This document shows positions 37,728 through 51,431 of a stretch of DNA of 64,000 nucleotides, one piece after another; position 1 is the stretch's first letter; every line of letters begins with the position of its first letter. Position numbers and translations under genes: made by a program. Source of the DNA: Octopus vulgaris (taxonomy: Eukaryota); assembly GCA_951406725.2 (NCBI GenBank), contig OX597819.1, forward strand, positions 10,044,001 to 10,108,000, read 5' to 3'. Below the pieces are notes generated by a model that had not been told where the DNA came from, did no database searches, and was given only the letters and a program-made list of their open reading frames with translations.

Positions 37728-40700
37728 GGAAAGTCAAAAATTATCTGCACTTTTGCCATAACATATCTTTATTATTGTAATATAGCTTTCTGCACATGCG
37801 TGCTTATAGTTGGTACTATTGGTCATATTGTGGTTTGAGCCTAATTGTGCTATTTTTGTTTCTGGCTCTACAGTGTAAGCATGGCTCCACTAGCATCATC
37901 ATCATCGTTTAACGTCCTTTCTCCATGCTAGCATGGGTTGGACGGTTCGACCGGGGATCTGGGAAGCCAGAAGGCTGCACCAGGCTCCAGTCTTATCTGG
38001 CAATGTTTCTACAGCTGGATGCCCTTCCTAACGCCAACCACTCCGTGAGTGTAGTGGGTGCTTTTTACATGCCACCTGCACTGGTGCCAGGCGAGGCTGG
38101 CATCGGCCACGGTCGGATTGGTGCTTTTTACGTGCCACCGACACGTGCCATCGGCCACGATTCGGATAGTGCTTTTTACGTACCTCCAGTCCAGGGGTCC
38201 TGGCATCTGCCGGGTGCCAGTCATAGGATTGGTTCAAAGAAGAAAGAGCAGAAGCTGTGTCAGGGGCCGAAATTAATTGGAGGCTTTTAGTACAATACAG
38301 GGACTGCGTAGAAGTTTAAAAGAGGCCAGACAAGAGTGATGCATGAAGAGGGAGTAGGAGGCCTGTCAACCTCCACCACTGATGAGAAGATTCAGCAAGC
38401 TGGAGAGATGGTGATGGTGAGTTGCTTCATCATTACCACCTCTCAGATCACTGTTCTTTGCTCTTCTTTGATGCACATTGCTAGTGGAGCAGCCAGGAAG
38501 AAAAAATAGAGCAATTAGGCTCAAACTTTGATTACGTGACTATGATGGCATCAACTATAAGCAAACATGTGCAGGAGGCAGTGTAAGTATAAGAAAGACA
38601 TGTTGTGGCGAAAGTGCGGATAATTTTTGCTTTCCCCTCATATATATATATCTCTTTTCACTCTTTTACTTGTTTCAGTCATTTGACTGCGGCCATGCTG
38701 GAGCACTGCCTTTTAGTCGAGCAAATCGACCCCGGGACTTATTCTTTGTAAGCCCAGTACTTATTCTATCGGTCTCTTTTGCCGAACCGCTAGGTGACGG
38801 GGACGTACACACACCAGCATCGGTTGTCAAGCAATGCTAGGGGGACAAACACAGACACGCAAACACACACATACATATATATACATATATACGACAGGCT
38901 TCTTTCAGTTTCCGTCTACCAAATCCACTCACAAGGCATTGGTCGGCCCGGGGCTATAGCAGAAGACACTTGCCCAAGATGCCACGCAGTGGGACTGAAC
39001 CCGGAGCCATGTGGTTGGTTAGCAAGCTACTTACCACACAGCTACTCCTGCGCCTATATGTATAATGTTGATATGTAAATTTTCTATTTTATTTGTAAAA
39101 ATCAGTGAAATACATATATCTGACAAGAACAGTAAAATATATGTCAAAAAGTCAGTCAGTCAGTTTACTCTGCGCACACTTGCACAGTCGGCAGCAGTTC
39201 TCCAATGCTATGTTCTTGATTGGTTACATGTTGTCCTTTGTTTTCCCAATGTTTTTTTTTAACAGCCTTCAGGAACTTCTGAAAAGTCTGATGCCATGCA
39301 AGCCTGTAATCTTCTTCATCCTTTTAGTGTCTATCTTAATGATCATCTTACATATTGATGATCTGGCCGCTGTAGGGTGTGACCACCCTATGGCATTCTC
39401 GGCGCTGTTACCATACATTGAGCCTTCATGATGACGCTCTGCTTGACAGGTCTTTGGTGTTTTCCTCAAGTGCCTTCAATGAAAGTCATCCAGTATTTTG
39501 GTGATTGTCACAGTTTCATGTGTATATAGTGTTGTTGATAGTACTATGATATTGTATTAGTAGACCTTGATGTTGATATTCAGTGTGTTCATGGACCAGA
39601 TTTTGCACACTCACTGAAATAGTGTTTTCCCCTTCATCATCATCATAGTTTAACGTCCGTTTTCTGTGCTAGCACGGGTTGGACGGTTCGACCGAGGTCT
39701 GCACCAGGCTCCAGTCTGATCTGGCAGAGTTTCTACAGCTGGATGCCCTTCCTAACGCCAACCACTCCGCGAGTGTAGTGGGTGCTTTTTACGTGCCACC
39801 TGCACAGGTGCCAGGGGGGTTTGGCATCGGCCACGATCGGTTGGAGCTTTTAACGTGCCACCGGCACGGAAGCCAGCCAAGGCGGCGCTGGCATCGGCCA
39901 CATTCGGATGGTGCTTTTTATGTGCCACCGGCACAGAAGCCAGTCGGGGTGGCGTTGGCATCGGCCACGTTCGGATGGTGCTTTTTATGTGCCACCGGCA
40001 CAGAAGCCAGTTGAGGCGGTGCTGGCAACGGCCACATACGGATGGTGCTTTTTATGTGCCACCGGCACAGGTATCACAACTACTATTTCCATTGATATTT
40101 ATTTCGATGTTCATACTACATTTTACATCAGTTTCACCATCTCCATCATCACACAATTTGACATGTTCAGCAACCTGTTCTTCAACTGTGAAGAACAGTA
40201 AAATATAGATATCAATATCAAAAACATTGAACTGAAAACTCCACCAAGGTGAAAAATGAGTTTCAATAATTTAGTTTCAACAAGGAAAGTGCTTTTTTTT
40301 TCTTTTTTAGTGATTATTAGAAAAAAAAAACCCAGTAGTAGTAGTAGTAGTAGTAGCAGAAATAATGAAAGTATAGTTTCATCATAAGAACAGCTGTTAT
40401 CCAAAAATAAAGCAACTTACCAAACAAACATTATCAGTAAAGCCCTGGTTAACAAGGTGGTAAAACAAAAGGTTAAATCTTAGCACTTGCAACACAAATA
40501 GAAATTTCATAATGACTTTCATTTTAATTTTTGTCAGAAATCACAACCATAGGCACAGGAGTGGCTGTGTGGTAAGTAGCTTGCTAACCAACCACATGGT
40601 TCTGGGTTCAGTCCTACTGCAAAGAAATTCATTGCATGCCCAGCCCCGGAAGTCACCGCACGCCACTGATATATATATCTTGCTCAAGATGCCACGCAGT

Positions 40701-43592
40701 GGGACTGAACCCGGAACCATGTGATTGGTTAGTAAGCTACTTACCACACAGTCACTCCTGCGCCACTCTGGTTTGTTGAATTAGCACTCAGAGTTTGGGT
40801 CTATGTTCTCATTTCCTTGTTGTAGATGTAAACACTCAAGTAATCCAAATGCCAAAGTATTTCCACCTGCAGCAAATGTCATTGCAACAAGGAAATCTTC
40901 CACAAACTAGATATGGGCCACTATTTAAAACTGAGTTAAGTATTTTTGCCAAGATACAAGGCAGTAATAACAACCAACCAACCTTTGAGCTAGTTGTAAA
41001 CCACAAGTCTCACTCGATTAGCTGATATTTTCTATGCATCATCATCATCATCATCATCGTTTAACGTCCGCTTTCCATGCTAGCATGGGTTGGATGGTTC
41101 AACTGGTGTCTGGGGAGCCCGAAGGCTGCACCAGGCCAGTCAGATGTGGCAGTGTTTCTACAGCTGGATGCCCTTCCTAACGCCAACCACTCCGAGAGTG
41201 TAGTGGGTGATTTTATGTGCCACCGACACAGGTGCCAGACGAGGCATATAAATGAAAAATGTTACACAGGATTGCAACAGCAGTAAATCAGACTTAAATA
41301 AGATATAAAACATAAGTATTAAAGTATTCAAGACAGCACCTACATTTAAAGACTGCTGTTAGTAAAATCAGTTGTTGCTTAAGAATTAAAATTTTCCTGC
41401 AACTTGTAGTTCTTTTCTCACAAAATAGTCAACTCTCAAACAGGAACATCTTTAGAATAATTTCTATGAAACAATTCATTTTAAATTAGTTGTTCAAATT
41501 CAAATATAGTACTAATCATAGCAGAAAGTTATGAAGCTGCAAGCATAGAAATGGTACGTTGTAACTTTGTGCCTTGTTTCAGAAGGCATATGCATATACT
41601 CTTTTACATGTTTCAGTCATTTGACTGCGGCCATGCTGGAGCACCGCCTTTTAGTCGAGCAAATCGACCCTGGGACTTATTCTTTGTAAGCCCCAGTACT
41701 TATTCTATCGGTCACTTTTGCCGAACCGCTGACAGGGACGTAAACACGCCAGCATCGGTTGTCAAGCAATGCTAGGGGGGGACAAACACAGACACACAAA
41801 CATACACACATATATACGACAGTCTTCTTTCAGTTTCCATCTACCAAATCCACTCACAAGGCATTGGTCGGCCTGGGGCTATAGCAGAAGACACTTGCCC
41901 AAGATGCCACTTTTTCAAAGTCACTAGTGGCATAATAAAGAGAACTGGTTCCACTCTAGAAATGGAACAGTATCAATGGACTGATTACGTCTCGGTAGGA
42001 TTTGCCCACGTGACAACAAATCTTAAAGTGCAATCTTTAAAAATGATCTAATTAATCTTCTGAGGCAGATATATCAGTAAAATTCAACTGATGTTCATGT
42101 TTGAATGTTTAACAGGTGAAAGCCTTATGCTTTTAATTCATTTAAATTTCATTTTAACATTTTTTTCATGAAGCTAAACTGGTATATATGCATATATAAA
42201 AAAAAACAAAACAACAAAAAAACAATTGTAATTGAGTATTTTAGGTATTTTCACCACAATTACAGAAAGAAAGCAATCATGAAACAGTCCAAACTAAAAG
42301 AAAAATTGGAAGAAATCTGAAATTCTTCTATTGTAACGAAAATTTGTCTGAAAAATATATTGAAAAGGCTGTCCTTTTTGGAAGTTTAGCTATAATCATA
42401 TGTGTGTGTGTGCACATACACACACACTCATTAATATAAATATGTGATATGCCTGAAGCATAAAGCAAGAAAAACAGCAATATAATACAGTTTTTAAGAG
42501 AATAAGCTCAGAAATAAAAGACTGAGAGAGAAAAAAAGTCAAACTGGAAATAGCTTCCTGAAAAATAGCAAGAAAGAACAGCAACAACATGCTGGCCTTA
42601 TCTGACATACACAAGTTAGTGATTAGATGAAAAGGTTCATTAGGACCTAATTAAGGAAGAGCAGTAGTTAGTACCCTCAGCAACCAGAGGTAAGGGTTAA
42701 GCAGTCCGATTGAAGCCATAAGCAAATAAAAAAGAAATAACAATAATATCAAGATCTGGTTTAAAAGATGGAGATGATAATATCTATAAAGAGGATGAAC
42801 AAATTTGAGAGAGAGAGGGAGAGAAAGAGAGAGAGAGGGAGAGAGAGAGAGGGAGAGAAAGAGAGAGAGAGAGCGAGCTTAGGATCAAATAATCTAGTAC
42901 AGTGTGAATGCAGCTCTCAAACTTTGTTGCTGAGAGGGCTGGGGATTAGGTAATCTTACAGTCTGGGGATTAGTTAATCTTACAGTCCAACTCAGAACTC
43001 ATTGGTTTGGTGTTGTTATTACTACTGTTCATCTGAATGAGACTTTTATTTTTGAAGTTGGAGCAGTCCAAATTGGATTGTCTCAGTACAGACGTAAATG
43101 TATCAGCATGAGTACAAAGTACTCAGAGAAACATTTAAAAAGTTTTTTCCATTCACTTATAGACGTGAGTTCATTCTAAGGTTTTATTCAGCAGAAATAT
43201 TGATTAGATCACCTATTTTAGCATATGTAACAGTTTAGAAAAGGTAAATGCAATTGAAGTCTGTTTTTACATGGAACCTCCAAAGACAGTGTAAGAAATA
43301 CCTGTTGCTGATTAATAACATTAATTTATTGGCAACTTAAAACTTGCTGAAACAAGCAAAATTCAGTTGAAGAAGAAAACAATGATAAATGCTAAAATAA
43401 AATAATAAAATGCAAAGGATTTTCTCTTGTTTTCTCCAACTGAGAGGTACTGACTTCTCCCATTGCTGTAGGGGGAGATACAAACAAAACTCTTCCTGCA
43501 AATATATCGAGTTTGCTTCATAGTTTGTAATGCACAGCAAAAATATGGCAATAGTAGGTATTACCATATGATAATAGGTAAGTATATGTGTC

Positions 43593-43646
<54 letters not shown>

Positions 43647-46600
43647 GTAAACATACTGACTTAGCAGTTCAGTATTTTACATCTGGCATTGGTTGGTCAG
43701 TTAGTCAGACCTTGGAAATGTGGATATTTGCATTTGTATTAATATCAACAACTATCAATATATTGTAGAATATCTATTATTCCAGTAACCTAGGCTAAGT
43801 GAAGCAGAATACTATCACTTATTCAAATGCACAACATAGACTGTGTGGCAGGCTTTGAACTCCTGATCAGAGAACAAGTTTGGTAACTGGACCTCTCCTC
43901 TGACTCAGAGAGTCAAATATATACACTAGTAAAGAGTAAATGCACAAACTTCCCACTTTGTGAAAATAATCAATGGACAAGGTCCTCCTTGAATTCCCTT
44001 GTTGTTTCAATGACTTGTAGTCTAGCAGTTTGTCAGAGATTTGCATATGCTTCAATGATTATATAGACATGCACTGAGTTATAGGCAGAATGATGTTGCA
44101 AGCACTATACAATACACTCACCTCGATCAAACGAAATGCCATCTAATGAAGCCAGATACCTGTCATCCGGCTCCAAAGTCATGTAAGTATCTTGAAACCT
44201 TTGTTTGTGCTTTTTTCTGTGTGGGAAGGGGCGATGGTTCACTGTGTGGTAAATGCCAGCACTATACTCTCTTTCTAGAGAGCTGAATTCTGAATCTTCG
44301 GAATCAGTGGCACCTACTGTTTCAGGAAAAGAAAATAAATAAAATCCACAAGAAGATTTGGTGTTCTTACTCAGTAAAGACAGCAGACATATGAGTGTCC
44401 TGATTATTGATTTAGCCAGGATACAGAACTATTCTCTCCAACTGAATTATTGCCACAAAAGGCAATTGAAAGGTTGTCAAGCATAACATTAAAAAAGCTA
44501 AAATAAAAAAAACTAATTGTAAATGTGCCATTTTGAAAAATAACAAAAGCAAAAATAACTAAAAGAAAAAAAATACTCTTTGTTCTTTTAAGCTTTTCCA
44601 TTAAAAAAATTCTGGAATATATTCTATGTAACAATTTAAAATTGACTGAACGAAATATATATCAAAAACAACTTTTTTCTTCTTTCTTGAGCAACGTCCA
44701 CCAACTCTGATGGTCTGATTTCTAAAGAAAAACTGAAGTAAACAAAAGATTATCCTATAATTAAAAAAAAAACAAAAAAAACCAGAAACAAAGCAAAAAG
44801 AATTACCACATACTTTAATTCAATCAAACAGATCTTTTTAACAAAAGGAGGCAGGGAATTATTTTCACTTTCATCTTTTGAAGATAGGATAAATGAAGTT
44901 AGAAAGGGAAATGTGTGCATGCATGTGCACAAACACATGCATGCACACATAATGTTAAAAGTGTCCCAGTCTAAATTAAGGAAGTTTTTTCAAATATATT
45001 GTTTCCTATCTTCATAATCAAATGAAACTAATACATTACAAATGCTATACATATATATATATATATATAAATATATATCTAAATCTAACAGAAATCTCAA
45101 TTCTGCTACTGGAAATTTATTTCCATTTTTTATTCTAGTTATATAAGCAGGACTTTGAGATTATGTAATGTCTATACCTTTCTCAAAAAACATATAAGTT
45201 AAGTGAAATGGATACAACTGTAAATAGTTTCACAGATATGGCTGGCAGAAAGTCTACTCGAAAAGCATTGAATAATATAGAACAAAGAAATAAGTCTACT
45301 GTAGAGGAATTTCTTCTTTTCTAATCTTATACACAGAACATCAACATACTTATCTATCTACATACCTACCAACCTATTGATCTATACACACATATATCTA
45401 TACATATATGTAACTAGAGACATTTTTGTTTTATATTTATTTCCTTCGTGTAGTGGTAATCTTGGCCTTATAATAAGGCATTATGAGAAAATAATATTCC
45501 ATTACCCACTTTTATCTCATATTTTGCTGTGTGCTGCCCATGGTCTTAGAAAATCTTTAATTTCCTGAACCAGCATCACCACCATGGTGTATACAGGAAA
45601 TTAACTCCCATTGATATTAGCACTAATCAGATATTTTTAAAAATTCATCTTTTATGATAAACACACTTCTGTAAGCACCTGTTGCAGAGAATGCTGAACT
45701 CAACAAAACTTCCACACACCCCAACACATATACAGAAATAGATGAGGAAAAAGAAACTCTTTCGTTAGTGGCAGAAGGAACGTAATTTCACCCTCAAAAT
45801 TGGTCAAATCGAGTAAGAAAAACTATTTGCTTAAAAAAATATTATAAGAGTTATAAATGAATTAATAGCTAAGATCACCCTCAAAATTGGTCAAATCTAG
45901 TAAGAAAAACTATTTGCTTCAAAAAATATTATAAGAGTTATAAATGAATTAATAGCTAAGATCACCCTCAAAATTGGTCAAATCTAGTAAGAAAAACTAT
46001 TTGCTTAAAAAAATATTATAAGAGTTATAAATGAATTAATAGCTAAGATCTTCAATGTAAAAGTGATATTAGACATTTTGAGCACCAATTTGCAAAGCAA
46101 AACAAGATGACTTATGAGAGCTGAGTGGCATATTTATATCACTTACCAGGCAACCACAGTACTGATTACACTACACAGATCCTGCCCATTCCTCTCATAT
46201 TAGGTACTTAAATCTTTGTTCTGAGCAATTGTGCCAACAGTTCCTTGATTCTAAATGATTGGTAACAGATATATTCTAATAGACAAAGAACAGCAAAAAC
46301 ATACAAAAATTAATATTGGCACCAACTAAAACCTATTGTACTTGCTACATAGATTTATATGGATGTTTTTGTTTGTTTCGTTTTTTAATGCCTAGTCAAC
46401 ACTGACACATATTTGCCTTTCCTCTGACAATTCTGAATCTCCATTTAACAAAAACTTAGAATCTAGTTTTATTTATTCATTTCCCAACCCCAGAAAATAA
46501 TCCATGACTTACGAGTTGTTCTCTTTGTCTGGCCTTTTTTCCGTTACTATTTGTACTAATTGCATCATGTTTACATAAACTGACTACCTTAGCCTGCATT

Positions 46601-49067
46601 CAGGTCTCTCAGAGCCAAACCAGTCCACAATAATAATTATTTGGATAAAACAGAAATGATTAGTAACTAAAGCATGACTAATATATCACTCATCATTTCT
46701 GGTTCAAGTAGTTCAGGAAACCATGAGAAGATATTGATTACAGAATCCATCCAATTTACTCCCTAGTAATCTGTAATCTTCAATCACTGATCTCTACTTT
46801 GGGAGCCAATTAATTCAATAATCATGTCATTAAGGAATGTCCTTCCTTGCAATGTGTCACATGAAGAAAATTAAGACATAAAAAACACATGGATGCACAT
46901 TTGGAACAACAACAACAACAACTACTTCATTCAAATTACCCTCAATATGAACTCACATAATGTGTATTACACTTTATGAATCATACGACCCTAATTCTGC
47001 AACACATTTCTGATAATAAACCCTGTAATTGGCACAAAATTCCTTTCCGAAATAGGCTTTCATTTAGGAATAAATCATAATTTAGAATTTAGCCAAAATA
47101 AAAAAAATGTTATTTTTTAATTAGCTTTAACAAATATTTCCTGACAAAGCGTTTAAACGCTTTGTCAGGAAATATTTGTTAAAGCTAATTAAAAAATAAC
47201 ATTTTTTTATTTTGGCTAAATTCTAAATTATGATTTATTCCTAAATGAAAGCCTATTTTGGAAAGGAATTTTGTGCCAATTACTCGGCATTTATAGACGT
47301 TTGCAGAGCTGGTTTGCAACAATTATTCTGACACACAACATACATACAAAAACAGAATCAATTACCATTAAAGGCTAGGCACCTGCTCTATATATTTAAT
47401 AATAGTTTATTTCAATTCAGTGTTTGAAAAAAAACCCCAAAAAAACTAATAATTCAGAATGCACATACATTTAAACAAAATTTGCTAGAGGCAAAGGATT
47501 TCAATATTGGTAATCACTTTGCTAAGTATGAACCTTTTGGTATACCTATCAATATTTATCAACTATGAAGAAGCAATAGAAGAGATGAATATATTCTCAA
47601 TTTTTCAGTCCTTGGTTTATTTTCATATGTATTTGTGTATAAACACTGATGTTTTATAGCTCTTGCCTAATTACTAAAACAACAAAGAACAAAGAAACAG
47701 TATGAAGCATAAGAATAATTCTTGTTCACAGTTAGAAGATGAGGATAGAGAAAATTTTGACTCTTACTGGAGACAAGAAAATGATTTAAAATAAACCTAC
47801 GGTTCAAATTTGACAAATTTAGACACAAAACCAGTAATAACATATAGCAGAAAATCAAACCCGTTTCAGTATATATATATATATTTTTATTTCAGTGTGA
47901 GACAGAGAGAAAGAGTGTGTGTGTATGCATAACAAGACAGAGGATGCTGTCAACCAGTAAGAAACAATATACAAAATCCATCCAACAATATTCATTTAAA
48001 TTGATCAATGGGTTTCAATGAAAATGTTTGGTTTTATAGAATTGAACTTTGTTTATAATAATAATAATAAACTTGTCTGGAGAACACTCTCAAAAAAAAA
48101 AGATTAGCAGTTATGGATACCATAACCACCACAACAAATATACAAGGGAAAAAAATAATGCCACAGAAAACAATTACTCTATTGTTTTTACCTTTATGAT
48201 CCTTCTTGCGTGTTGATTTGATACGATGAACTTTTCCTGCAGGTAGAGCATCTTCGACTAGAGCATAGTCACTCTCCGTGGGAGACTGGAGGAGAGCATC
48301 CTAAAATAAAATGTATTGAAATACAGACATCACAATCTAGTCATCTTAAAAAAAAAAAAAGGAAGATAATTAATTCTCCTCAGTTAGTTTTAAGTAATTA
48401 AAATAAATGCACAAAACAAAATAAATAAACAAAGCTGTTTCTTAAAAAAAAAGTAGAAATAAAAAAAATTGAAGTGAAAATGAAATAATGTATAATGCTA
48501 TATATACATACAATCATCTCATCCATGTAAAAAAAAAAAAAGTGAAACCTGAATCTTGGCTTACTTTAAGTGAAAGTCTATGGGGGGGAAAAGGAGCTGA
48601 AAGAAATGAAACTCAAAAGACATGCAGCTTCCAGAACCACTTATAACTCCATGGTGTTCATGCTAATGGAAAATCGAATGGTCTAAGCACAAAGTTAAGA
48701 CCAGTATAGGAAACTGAATATAAACAAAAAAAAAAGCAATTAGTTTCACTAAGATAGGGTCTCTGGAATTGTATGTCTATCTGCCATACTTGTCAAGTCA
48801 CAAAAGCTGAACAATGTTTTGTCTCTCCCCACCACTCACTCATATATACTTAATTTTTAGTATATAAATATGTTTAACTTCAAATTACATTAATAGTTTA
48901 CTATAGACGCAGGAGTGGCTGTGTGGTAAGTAGCTTGTTTACCAACCACATGGTTCCGAGTTCAGTCCCACTGTGTGGCACCTTGGGCAAGTGTCTTCTA
49001 CTATAGCCTCGGGCCGACCAAAGCCTTGTGAGTGGATTTGGTAGACGGAAACTGAAATAAGCCTGTC

Positions 49068-49127
<60 letters not shown>

Positions 49128-51398
49128 TGTGTGTCTGTGTTTGTCTCCCTAGCATTGCTTGACAACCGATGCTGGTGTGTTTATGTCCCCGTTACTTAGC
49201 GGTTCGGCAAAAGAGACCGATAGAATAAGTACTGGGCTTACAAAAGAATAAGTCCCGGGGTCGAGTTGCTCGATTAAAGGCGGTGCTCCAGCATGGCCGC
49301 AGTCAAATGACTGAAACAAGTAAAAGAGTAAGAGTATAGAAAGGGAAGACCCAGGCATATAATTGAATTCAGCAGCATTTTGCTTTCTTTTATTTTGATA
49401 ATGACTATTGGCAGCAGCTTCTTTCCCAATTTCTGCTTTACTGGTTGCCTCATTCTGGTGTTCTTGAGGACAAACACAGAAACATATACAATTTTATTTT
49501 ATATGAGAAAATTAACTGATAAGCTACTTATATTGCAAAAATAAGTTTCAGGGAGTTGATTTTATGTTGGGTCTTTTCATTCTTCATGGTCAATAAACTC
49601 ACTGCTAATTATTTTTGCCTACATCATCATCGTTTAACGTCCGTTCTCCATGCTAGCATGGGTTGGACGGTTCGACCGGGGATCTGGGAAGCCAGAAGGC
49701 TGCACCAGGCTCCAGTCTTATCTGGCAATGTTTCTACAGCTGGATGCCCTTCCTAACACCAACCACTCCGTGAGTGTAGTGGGTGCTTTTTACATGCTAC
49801 CTGCATTGATATACCTTACTCGTGGTTGCTGAAGTTACAGTATTTCAATGATTGTGCTCTCTGAACTTCTTTAGGTGCTTGTGTTATTCAGTAATACTCT
49901 TGGAATTTGTACAGACACTGGAATGAGAACAATCTACCACCAGGGATTTAATAAGGTGTCTGATTCTAAATTTCAAGAATATTATGGAATACAGTAGGCA
50001 CTTGAAATACTGGCAGGTACAATGGTTAAAACCAAGATACTAGTTTGAATACATCAGTGTATAATAATGATAATTCCTCATTTCATAAATTCAGACAAAA
50101 ACAAACATATTTTTATTTGCCAATCAAGCCATCATCAGATTCCTAACGTTAGTATCTTACTTATATTGCAAAACCAATAAAGACTTTGAAGTCAAACTGT
50201 GAAAGGAAGTTAGTAACCTGTCCCTCCAGAGTCTCAAGGAAGCACCTTGGACAAGTGTTAACAACCATCTTAGCTTCCATGCCATGATTACGGTAAAGTC
50301 CAAAAACTGGAGGAACAGGTGAAAGTGTGTCCCTAGAGCTGTGATGGTGGACAATATTCACAAAAATTTGACATCCACTCATTTTGGTTGCTTTGCAATT
50401 GGTACAACAGAATATGATGTTAAACTGCATCCAATTCTCAAAACTGCCAGACAGTGCGGCAGAATGTCACTACCCTGGCAGATCCTCCTTTGCATCCTTC
50501 AGAATAGCAGAACTAGAAGAGACAACTGCCCCAAACAATTTTCATTGTTGTAAGGCTTAAGTTACCTTACTGGTCTTCATTTTATAGACATATGTGTATG
50601 TCGATATGGATGTTAGCAATTTGGGGATATGTGCCTTTGTACAAGTAACGAATTTAATCATACCATTATTTATGTAGACCCTTTTGTACATTTCACATAA
50701 ATTCAGCTAAAAGTTTCAAAAAGCAGTAATGGGTGAATGTGGTAAAATAGTTTGGAGGGCACAAATATTGGAGATGTAAAATTTTAAAAGGGGCTTGGAT
50801 TTCTTGAAAGTACACTTAAGAATTTTAAAAATAGGGTGCTTTTATTTTACTCCAGTAAACAGAGTTAGTGAACAATGCATTAATAGGCACAAACTGAAAA
50901 AGGACAGAAAACTGAATGGGACTTACCACAATTAGTTGGCAATTCCAATTTGAGAGGGATTAACAGAAAAGGAAGACAGGTAAGTAAGATGTTAGTAGCA
51001 GTATTGTTAAATAGCATGTTATGATAATATCTCTCGGAAATCAATGCTTGCAAAACACACACGGGATAGATAGCACACTATTTCTACAATAAATTTATTA
51101 TAATCAAAATAGGTGCCACTTAACCATTAAGGAAAAAAGGAGAAAACAAAAGATACATGAATGTATCTTTTCCAGATATATTATTTCAAAATATAAGAAC
51201 CTGGTTTGCTTTATTATAGGTGGTCCTTTTTTTCTTTTTCTCTTCCTTAAAGATGTATATTTTAAAAGTTTAAAAAAAAAACTGATCTTATTGCTTCCAG
51301 AAATATTCTGATTCATTTCACTAAATGAAGGCATTAAGAATAATTTAAAACTAATTTTTCTTTCTATTTTCATAGATTACACTTTAAAGAGAAATATA

Positions 51399-51431
<33 letters not shown>

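Noticed and set aside
39770-40070. CRISPR-like regular repeats (ggtgctttttatgtgccaccggcac every ~58 bp)
   Set aside because: The intervening sequences are similar to each other, the unit is internal to a dispersed SINE-like element, and the DNA is eukaryotic with no cas genes.
43337-43567. Apparent peptide similarity (YEAN.IY...YLPL) with ORF 51778-52017
   Set aside because: Short and low-complexity, partly created by the 51816 palindrome; no convincing nucleotide homology or splice signals.
46513-46593. 81-nt exon candidate with a GTAAGT donor
   Set aside because: It is open only in phase 0 while the intron is phase 1, and the acceptor lacks a pyrimidine tract; likely chance.
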